This document shows, in pieces, positions 1 through 10,700 of a stretch of DNA of 64,000 nucleotides. Below the pieces are notes generated by a model. The model ran no database searches and was not told the DNA's origin. It saw nothing but the letters and a program-made list of their open reading frames with translations. Source of the stretch: the human T2T-CHM13v2.0 reference genome, Homo sapiens. Both the position numbers and the translations under genes were made by a program. The stretch lies in the NCBI RefSeq assembly GCF_009914755.1, contig NC_060941.1; one strand, written 5' to 3'. Numbering within the stretch: position 1 is the stretch's first letter; each line of letters opens with the position of its first letter.

Positions 1-1740
1 TATTCCATGCCATTACATTCCATTGCATTGTATTCCATTCCATTCCATTCCATTAGGGTTAATTCAAATCCATTCTATTCCATTCCTTTCCATTCCATTC
101 CATTCCACTCGTGTTGATTCAATTCCATTCTATTCCATTCCATTCCATTCCATTCCATTCCATTACATTACATTACATTCCAGTTGATTCAATTCCATTC
201 TATTATATGTCATTCCATTCTATTCCATTACTTTCCATTCCATTCCAATCCATTCCATTCCAGATTATTCAATTCCATACTATTCCATTCCTGTACATTC
301 CATTCCAGTCCATTCCATTCCATTTCATTCCATTGCATTCGAGTTTCTTCCGTTAAATTCCATTCCATTGCATTGAATTCCATTCCGTTCCATTCCATTC
401 CACTCGCTTTGTTTCCATTCCATTCCATTCCATTCCATTCCATTCCATTCCATTCCAGTTGATTCAATTCCATTCTTTTCCATTCGGATCCATTCCATTC
501 CATACAATTCCATTCCATTCCATTCCAATTGATTCCATTCCATTCCCTTCCAATCCATTGCATTCCATTCCATTCCATTACATTCCACTCCACTCGGATT
601 GATAGAATTCCATTCTATTCCATTCCATTCCATTCCATTTAATTCCATTGGATTCCATTGCATTCCATTCCACTTGGGTTGAATTCATTCCACTCCATTC
701 CATTCCATTCCATTCCATTACATTCCGTTCCGTTCCTTTGATTGGCATTGCATTCCACTGCATTCCATTCCATTCCATTCCATTCTACTCGGGTTGATTT
801 AATTCCATTCTATTGCTTTCCATTCCATTCCAATCCATTCCATTCCATTGCAGTTGATTGAATTCTATTGTAATTCATTCCTTTCCATTCCATTCCATTC
901 CATCCCAGTTGATTTAATTCCATTCTATTCCATTCCATTGCATTCCATTCCATTCCAGTTGATTCAATTCCATTCTATTCCATTCCATTCCATTTCGTTC
1001 CATTTCATTCCATTCCATTCCACTCGATTTGATTCAGTTGTATTCCATTACATTAAATTCCATTCCACTAGGGTTGATTCATTTCCATTCTATTCCATTC
1101 CATCGCACTCCATTCCATTCCATTCTATTCCATTCCATTCCGTTCCATTCCATTCCATTCCACTGCATTCCAGTTGATTCCATTCCATTCCATTCCATTC
1201 TTTCTATTCCATTCAATTCGATTCGAGTCCAGTTGATTCAATTTCATTCTATTCCACTCCATTCTATACCATTTCATTCCATTAAATTCCATTCCACTAG
1301 GCTTGATTCAATTCTGTTCCATTCCATTCCATTCCAATCCATTCCATTCCATTCCATTCCATTCCATTCCATTCCACTAGGTTTGATTCAATTCCATTCC
1401 CTTCCGTTCCAATCCATTCCATTCCATTCTATTCCTTTAAATTCCTTTGCTTTCTACTCGGGTTGATTCTATTCCATTCTTTTCCATTGCATTCCATACC
1501 ATTCCATTCCATTCCACTCCACTCGGGTTCATCAAATTCCATTCCATTCCATTCCATTCCATTCCATTCCATTCCATTCCAATCCATTCCACTCCAGTCG
1601 GGTTGACTCAATTCCATTCTATTCATTTCCATTCCATTCCTTTCCATTGCTTTCCATTCCATTCCATTCCATTCCATTCCATTCCATTCCATTCCATTCC
1701 ATTCCTTTCCTTTCCATTCCATTACATTGCATTCCATTCC

Positions 1741-4430
1741 ACTCGGGTTGATTCCATTCCATTCCATTCCTTACAATTCAAATCCATTCCGTTCCATTTG
1801 ATTCAATTCCATTCTATTCCATTTCACTCGATTCCATTCCATTCCATTCCAATTCATTCCATTCCTTTCCACTCTGTTTGATTCCATTCCATTCCTTGCC
1901 ATTAGCTTCCATTTCATCCCATTCCACTGTGGTTGATTCCATTCTATTCCATTCCATTCCATTCAGTTCCACTCCATTCGATTCCACTCGTGTTGATTCC
2001 ATTCCATTCCATTCCATTGCATTCCATTCCATTCCAGTTGATTCAATTCAAATCTATTCCATTCCATTCCATTTCTTTCCATTTCATTCCATTCCATTCC
2101 ACTCGGGTTGATTCAGTTCTATTCCATTACATTAAATTCCATTCCACTTGGTTTGATTCAATTCCATTCTATTCCGTTCCATTGCACTCCATTCCATTCC
2201 ATTCCATTGCATTCCATTCCATTCCATTCCATTCCACTCGATTCTGCTCCATTCCATTGCATTCCACTCGCCTTGATTCAATTCTATTCTATTCCATTCC
2301 ATTCCATTCCATTCCATTACACTCGGTTTGATTCCATTCCATTCCAATACAGTTCATTCCATTCCATTCCATTCCAATCCATTCCAGTTTATTCCATTCC
2401 ATTCCATTCCCTTCCATTCGATTCCATTCCATTCCATTGCATACCATTCCATTCCACTCAGATTGATTGAATTCCAATCTATTTCATTCCATTCCATTCC
2501 ATTCCACTCGGGTTGATTCCATTCCATTCCATTCCATTCCATGTCATTCCAATCCATTCCCTTCCATTGCATTGCATTTGATTCCATTCCATTCCATTCC
2601 ATTCCATTCCATTCCATTCCAATCCATTGCCCTCCATTCCATTGCATTTCACTCTCCTTGATTCAATTCTATTCTATTCCATTCCATTCCATTCCATTCC
2701 ACTCCATTACACTCGGTTTGATTCCATTCCATTCCATTCCATTCCATTCCTTTCCATTTGATTCAATTCCATTCTATTCCATTCTTTTTCATTCCATTCC
2801 TTTCCATTCCATTCCAATCCAGTTCATTCCATTCCAGTTCATTCCATTCCGTTCCATTCCAATCCATTCCAGTTTATTCCATTCCACTCCATTCCCTTCC
2901 ATTCGATTCCATTCCATTCCATTGCATACCATTCCATTACACTCAGATTGATCGAATTCCAATCTATTTCATTCCATTCCATTCCATTCCACTCGGGTTG
3001 ATTCCATTCCATTCCATTCCTTACAATTCAAATCCATTCCGTTCCATTTGATTCAATTCCATTCTTTTCCATTTCACTCGATTCCATTCCATTCCATTCC
3101 AATCCATTCCATTCCTTTCCACTCTGTTGGATTCCATTCCATTCCTTGCCATTCGCTTCCATTCCATCCCATTCCACTCTGCATGATTCCATTCTATTCC
3201 ATTCCATTCCATTCAGTTCCACTCCATTCGATTCCACGCGTGTTGATTCCATTCCATTCCATTCCATTGCATTCCATTCCATTCCAGTTGATTCAATTCA
3301 ATTCTATTCCATTCCATTCCATTTCTTTCCATTTCATTCCATTCCATTCCACTCGGGTTGATTCAGTTCTATTCCATTCCATTAAATTCCATTCCACTTG
3401 GGTTGATTCAATTCCATTCTATTCCATTCCATTGCACTCCATTCCATTCCATTCCATTCCATTCCATTCCATTCCATTCCATTCCATTCCATTCCACTCG
3501 ATTCTGCTCCATTCCATTGCATTCCACCCGCCTTCATTCAATTCTATTCTATTCCATTCCTTTCCATTCCATTCCATTACACTCGGTTTGATTCCATTCC
3601 ATTCCATTCCATTCCAATACAGTTCATTCCATTCCATTCCATTCCAATCCATTCCAGTTTATTCCATTCCATTCCATTCCCTTCCATTCGATTCCATTCC
3701 ATTCCATTGCATATCCTTCCATTCCACTCAGATTGATTGAATTCCAATCTATCCCATTGCATTCCATTCCATTCCATTCCACTCGGGTTGATTCCATTCC
3801 ATTCCATTCCTTACAATTCAATTCCATTCCGTTCCATTTGATTCAATTCCATTCTATTCCATTTCACTCGATTCCATTCCATTCCATTCCAATCCATTCC
3901 ATTCCTTTCCACTCTGTTTGATTCCATTCCATTCCTTGCCATTCGCTTCCATTGCATCCCATTCCACTGTGGTTGATTCCATTCAATTCCATTCCATTCC
4001 ATTCAGTTCTACTCCATTCGATTCCACTCGTGTTGATTCCATTCCATTCCATTCCATTGCATTCCATTCCATTCCAGTTGATTCAATTCAATTCCATTCC
4101 ATTCCATTCCATTTCTTTCCATTTCATTCCATTCCATTCCACTCGGGTTGATTCAGTTCTATTCCATTACATTAAATTCCATTTCACTTGGGTTGATTCA
4201 ATTCCATTCTATTCCATTCCATCGCACTCCATTCCATTCCATTCCATTCCATTCCATTCCATTCCATTCCGCTCCATTCCATTGCATTCCACTCGCCTTG
4301 ATTCCATTCTATTCTATTCCATTCCATTCCATTCCATTCCATTACACTTGGTTTGATTCCATTCCATTCCATTCCATTCCATTCCATTCCATTCCATTCC
4401 ATTCCATTCCAATACAGTTCATTCCATTCC
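1741..4430 (+). repeat. Three tandem copies of a ~790-bp HSat3 subunit; the first copy carries a ~460-bp extra partial duplication
   Basis: TTACAATTCA at 1771, 3021, 3811. ATTCAGTTCT at 2111, 3361, 4151. AATACAGTTC at 2346, 3616, 4411. ACTCAGATTG at 2456, 2941, 3726. Spacings are ~1250 then ~790 bp. Confidence 0.85.
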
Positions 4431-4460
4431 ATTCCACTCCATTTCTTTCCATTTCATTCC

Positions 4461-4585
4461 ATTCCATTCCATTCCATTCCATTGCATTCCATTCCATTCC
4501 ATTCCATTGCATTCCATTCCATTCCATTCCATTGCATTCCATTCCATTCCATTCCATTGCATTCCATTCCATTCCATTCCATTGC
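4461..4585 (+). repeat. Perfect 25-bp minisatellite [(ATTCC)4 ATTGC] x5
   Basis: ATTGC at 4481, 4506, 4531, 4556 and 4581, with only ATTCC pentamers in between. Confidence 0.9.
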
Positions 4586-5520
4586 ATTACAGTTGATTCC
4601 ATTCCATTCCATTCCATTCTATTCCATTCAATTCCATTCGAGTCCAGTTGATTCAATTCCATTCTATTCCACTCCATTCTATTCCATTTCATTCAATTAA
4701 ATTCCATTCCACTAGGCTTGATTCAATTCTATTCCATTCCATTCCATTCCATTCCACTAGGTTTGATTCAATTCCATTCCCTTCCGTTCCAATCCATTCC
4801 ATTCCGTTCCATTCTATTAATTTCCTTTGCATTCCACTCGGGTTGATTATATTCCACTCTATTCCATTCCATTCCACACCATTCCATTCTATTCATTCCA
4901 TTCCTGTCCACTTGGGATCATCCAATTCCATTCTAATCCATTCCATTCCATTCCAATCCATTCCACTCCAGTCGGGTTGACTGAATTCCATTCTATTCAT
5001 TTCCATTCCATTCCATTCCATTCCATTCCATTCCATTCCTTTCCATTGCATTCCGTTCCATTCCAATCCTTTCCATTCCATTCCATTCCATTCCAATCGG
5101 GTTGACTCCATTCCATTCCACTCCAATCCATTCCGTTCCATTCCATTCCACTCGGGTTGATACCAGTCCATTCCATTCCATTCCATTCCATTCCATTCCA
5201 TTCCATTCCATTCCATTCGATTTCAGTTGACTCTATTCCTTTCTATTCGATTAAATGCCATTCCATTCCATTCCATTACATTCCAGTTAAATCCGTTATA
5301 TTCCATTCCATTCCATTTCATTCCACTCGGGTTCATTCCATTCTGTTGTATTCCATTCCATTCCATTCTATTCCATACCATTCCATTCCATTGCATTCCA
5401 CTCGGGTTGATTCTATTCCATTCTGTTCCATTGCATTCCGTTCCGCTCCGTTCCATTCCATTGCATTCCACTCGGGTTGATTCAATTCCATTCTATTCCA
5501 TTCCATTCCATTCCTTTCCA

Positions 5521-6995
5521 CGCAAGTTGATAAAATTCCATTCTATTCCTTTCCTTTCAATTCCATTCCATTCCTTTCCACTCTGGTTGATTACATTCCA
5601 TTCCATGCCATACTGTTCCACTCGGTGTGATTCCTTTCCATTCCATTCCCTTCCATTTCAATCCTTTGCTTTCCTTTCCATTCCAGTTAATACAATTCCA
5701 TTCTATTCGATTCCATTCCATTCCATTCCATTCCATTCTATTCCATTCCATTCCAGTTGATTCCATTCCATTCCTTCCGATTCCATTCCATTCCATTCCA
5801 TTCCATTCCATTCCATTCCATTCCATTCCACTCGGGTTGATTCCATTCCATTCCAGTCCATTCCATTCCACTCGGATGGGTTCCATTCCATTCCATTCCA
5901 TTCCTTTCCATTCCATTCCGTTCCACTCGGGTTGATTCCGTTCCAATCCATTCCATTCCAATCCATTCCTTTCCGTTCCATTCCATTCCATTCCATTCCA
6001 TTCCATTCCGTTCCAGTTGATTCAGTTCCATACTATTGTATTCTTTTCTATTCTATTTGATTCCATTTCATTCCATTCCTCTCGGATGGATTCCATACCA
6101 TTCCATTCCATTCCGTTCCATTCCATTCGTGTTGTTTCCATTCCGTTCCATTCCATTCCATTCGAATTCATTCCATTCCTCTCCATGTCACTGGGATTGA
6201 TTCAATTCCATTCTAACCCATTCCATTCCACTCCATTACATTCGATAACATTACATTCCACTCAGTTTGATTCAACTCCATTCCATTCCATTCCATTCCA
6301 TTCCATTCCGTTCCATTCCTTTCTATTACACGGCGGTTGATTCCATTCCATTCCCTTCCATTCCATTCCACTCGAATGGATTCAATTCCATTCTGTTCCA
6401 TTCTATTCCATTCCATTCCACTCCATTCCATTCCACTCGGTTTCATTCCATTCCATTCCTTTCCATTCCATTCCACTAGGGTTGATTTCCTTACATTCCA
6501 TTCGAATCCATTCCATTCCATTCCATTCCATTCCATTCCATTCCACTCGGGTTGATTCCATTCCATTTCATTCCTTTCCATTCCATTCCATTCCACTCGG
6601 GTTGATTCAATTCCATTCTATTCCATTGCATTCCGTTCCATTCCATTCCACTCGGGTTGATACCAGTCCATTCCATTCCATTCCATTCCATTCGATTTCA
6701 GTTGATTCTATTCCTTTCTATTCCATTAAATGCCATTCCATTCCATTCCATTACATTCCAGTTAAATCCGTTATATTCCATTCCATTCCATTCCACTGGG
6801 GTTCATTACATTCTGTTGTATTCCATTCCATTCCATTCTATTCCATACCATTCCATTCCATTGCATTCCACCCGGGTTGATTCTATTCCATTCTGTTCCA
6901 TTGTATTCCATTCCGCTCCGTTCCATTCCATTGCATTCCATTCGGGTTGATTCAATTCCATTCTATTCCATTCCATTCCATTCCATTCCTTTCCA
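5521..6995 (+). repeat. Truncated first HOR unit (1475 bp; ~770-bp internal deletion at ~6015)
   Basis: After ATCCATTCCTTTCCG (5961) the sequence passes straight to TTCCG TTCCA GTTGA..TACTATTGTA (6006-6040). The ACTAGT, ATGCAT, CTGGGGTTGG and CTCGGGTAGA landmarks are skipped. Confidence 0.88.
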
Positions 6996-7305
6996 CGCGA
7001 GTTGATAAAATTCCATTCTATTCCTTTCCTTTCAATTCCATTCCATTCCATTCCACTCTGGTTAATTACATTCCATTCCATGCCGTTCTATTCCACTCGG
7101 TGTGATTCCTTTCCATTCCATTCCCTTCCATTTCAATCCATTGCTTTCCTTTCCATTCCAATTAATACAATTCCATTCTATTCGATTCCATTCCTTTCCA
7201 TTCCATTCCATTCCATTCCATTCCATTCCATTCCATTCCAGTTGATTCCATTCCATTCCTTTCGATTCCATTCCATTCCATTCCATTCCATTCCATTCCA
7301 TTCCA

Positions 7306-7715
7306 CTCGGGTTGATTCCATTCCATTCCAGTCCATTCCATTCCACTCGGATGGGTTCCATTCCATTCCATTCCATTCCTTTCCATTCCATTCCGTTCCA
7401 CTCGTGTTGATTCCGTTCCAATCCATTCCATTCCAATCCATTCCTTTCCGTTCCATTCCATTCCATTCCATTCCATTCCATTCCATTCCATTCCATTCCA
7501 TTCCATTCCACTCGGGTTGATTCCATTCCATTCCAGTCCATTCCATTCCACTCGGATGGGTTCCATTCCATTCCATTCCATTCCTTTCCATTCCATTCCG
7601 TTCCACTCGGGTTGATTCCGTTCCAATCCATTCCATTCCAATCCATTCCTTTCCGTTCCATTCCATTCCATTCCATTCCATTCCGTTCCATTGCACTAGT
7701 TTTGTTTCCATTCCA
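7306..7715 (+). repeat. ~205-bp tandem duplication within a HOR unit (unit length 2430 bp)
   Basis: The segment CTCGGGTTGA..GTCCA..CTCGGATGGG..ATCCATTCCTTTCCG starts at both 7306 and 7511. Confidence 0.88.
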
Positions 7716-10700
7716 GTCCATTCCATTCCATTCAAATCCATTCCATTCCAGTCCATTCCACTAGGATTGATTCAATTCCATTCTATTCCATTCCATTCCA
7801 TTCCTTTCCATTCCATTACAATGCATTCCACTCAAGTTGATTCCATTCCATTCCATTCCATTCCATTGCATTCCATTCCATTGCACTCCATTCCATTCCT
7901 TTCCACTCGTGTTGATTCCATTCCGTTCCATTCCATTCCAATAAATTGCATTCCATTCCATTCGATTCCATTCCACTGGGGTTGGTTCCATTGCATTCCA
8001 TTCCATTCCATACCATTCCATTCCATTCCAGTTGATGCAAATACTTTCTATTCGATTCAATTCCATTCCATTCCACTCCGTTCCCTTCCATTCTATTCCA
8101 TTCCATTGCATTCCATTCCATTCCAGTTGATTCAATACCATTCTCTTCCGTGCAATTCCATTCGATTCCACTCCATTCGATTTCATTGCATTCCACTCGG
8201 GTAGATTCCATTCCATTTCATTCCATTCCATTCCATTCCATTCATTTCCAGTTGATTCCCTTCCATTCCATTCCATTATATTCCACTCGGGTTGTTTCCA
8301 TCGCATTCCATTCCATTCCATTCCATTCTATTCCATTCCACTCCAGTTGAATCAATTTGATTCTATTCCATATCATTCCATTCCATTCCATTCCATACCA
8401 TTCCATTCCATTCCATTCCATTCCGTTCCAGTTGATTCAATTCCATACTATTGTATTCTTTTCTATTCTATTTGATTCCATTTCATTCCATTCCTCTCGG
8501 ATGGATTCCATACCATTCCATTCCATTCCGTTCCATTCCATTCGTGTTGTTTCCATTCCATTCCATTCGAATTCATTCCATTCCTCTCCATGTCACTGGG
8601 ATTGATTCAATTCCATTCTAATCCATTCCATTCCACTCCATTACATTCGATAACATTACATTCCACTCAGTTTGATTCAACTCCATTCCATTCCATTCCA
8701 TTCCATTCCATTCCATTCCTTTCTATTACACGGCGGTTGATTCCATTCCATTCCCTTCCATTCTATTCCACTCGAATGGATTCAATTCCATTCTGTTCCA
8801 TTCTATTCCATTCCATTCCATTCCATTCCATTCCACTCGGTTTCATTCCATTCCATTCCTTTCCATTCCATTCCACTAGGGTTGATTTCCTTACATTCCA
8901 TTCGAATCCATTCCATTCCCTTCCATTCCATTCCATTCCATTCCATTCCATTCCATTCCATTCCATTCCACTCGGGTTGATTCCATTCCATTTCATTCCT
9001 TTCCATTCCATTCCATTCCATTCCACTCGGGTTGATTCAATTCCATTCTATTCCATTCCATTCCGTTCCATTCCATTCCACTCGGGTTGATACCAGTCCA
9101 TTCCATTCCATTCCATTCCATTCCATTCGATTTCAGTTGATTCTATTCCTTTCTATTCCATTAAATGCCATTCCATTCCATTCCATTACATTCCAGTTAA
9201 ATCCGTTATATTCCATTCCATTCCATTCCACTCGGGTTCATTCCATTCTGTTGTATTCCATTCCATTCTATTCTATTCCATACCATTCCATTCCATTGCA
9301 TTCCACTCGGGTTGATTCTATTCCATTCTGTTCCATTGCATTCCATTCCGCTCCGTTCCATTCCATTGCATTCCATTCGGGTTGATTCAATTCCATTCTA
9401 TTCCATTCCATTCCATTCCTTTCCATGCGAGTTGATAAAATTCCACTCTATTCCTTTCCTTTCAATTCCATTCCATTCCATTCCACTCTGGTTGATTACA
9501 TTCCATTCCATGCCGTTCTATTCCACTCGGTGTGATTCCTTTCCATTCCATTCCCTTCCATTTCAATCCATTGCTTTCCTTTCCATTCCAATTAATACAA
9601 TTCCATTCTATTCGATTCCATTCCTTTCCATTCCATTCCATTCCATTCCATTCCTGTTGATTCCATTCCATTCCTTTCGATTCCATTCCATTCCATTCCA
9701 TTCCATTCCATTCCATTCCATTCCACTCAAGTGGATTCCATTCCATTCCAGTCCATTCCATTCCACTCGGATGGGTTCCATTCCATTCCATTCCATTCCA
9801 TTCCTTTCCATTCCATTCCGTTCCACTCGGGTTGATTCCGTTCGAATCCATTCCATTCCAATCCATTCCTTTCCGTTCCATTCCATTCCATTCCATTCCA
9901 TTCCATTCCGTTCCATTGCACTAGTTTTGTTTCCATTCCTGTCCATTCCATTCCATTCAAATCCATTCCATTCCACTCCATTCCACTAGGATTGATTCAA
10001 TTCCATTCTATTCCATTCCATTCCTTTCCATTCCATTACAATGCATTCCACTCAAGTTGATTCCATTCCATTCCATTCCATTCCATTGCATTCCATTCCA
10101 TTGCACTCCATTCCATTCCTTTCCACTCGTGTTGATTCCATTCCGTTCCATTCCATTCCAATACATTCCATTCCATTCCATTCGATTCCATTCCACTGGG
10201 GTTGGTTCCATTGCATTCCATTCCATTCCATACCATTCCATTCCATTCCAGTTGGTGCAAATACTTTCTATTCGATTCAATTCCATTCCATTCCACTCCG
10301 TTCCCTTCCATTCTATTCCATTCCATTGCATTCCATTCCATTCCAGTTGATTCAATACCATTCTCTTCCGTGCAATTCCATTCGATTCCCCTCCATTCGA
10401 ATTCATTGCATTTCACTCGCGTAGATTCCATTCCATTTCATTCCATTCCATTCCATTCCATTCATTTCCAGTTGATTCCCTTCCATTCCATTCCATTATA
10501 TTCCACTCGGTTTGTTTCCATCGCATTCCATTCCATTCCATTCCATTCTATTCCATTCCACTCCAGTTGAATCAATTTGATTCTGTTCCATATCATTCCA
10601 TTCCATTCCATTCCATACCATTCCATTCCATTCCATTCCATTCCATTCCGTTCCAGTTGATTCAATTCCATACTATTGTATTCTTTTCTATTCTATTTGA

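Larger units (their letters stand above)
1..5130 (+). repeat. Diverged HSat3 block flanking the homogeneous HOR array
   Basis: Lacks the HOR landmarks (CGCGAGTTGATAAAA, TACTATTGTA, TTGCACTAGT, TGCAAATACT). Has its own landmarks (TTACAATTCA, ATTCAGTT, ACTCAGATTG, AGTCGGGTTGAC), a higher density of variant pentamers, and two 1-nt register shifts (~1201, ~4891). Confidence 0.85.

Noticed and set aside
2821-2850. 15-bp duplication AGTTC ATTCC ATTCC
   Set aside because: Only two copies; ordinary slippage and too small to matter.
6161-6170. TTCGAATTCA as a heat-shock element
   Set aside because: A canonical HSE needs alternating nGAAn/nTTCn with 2-nt spacing (TTCnnGAAnnTTC). Here TTC, GAA and TTC abut directly, so it is only an overlapping BstBI/EcoRI site.
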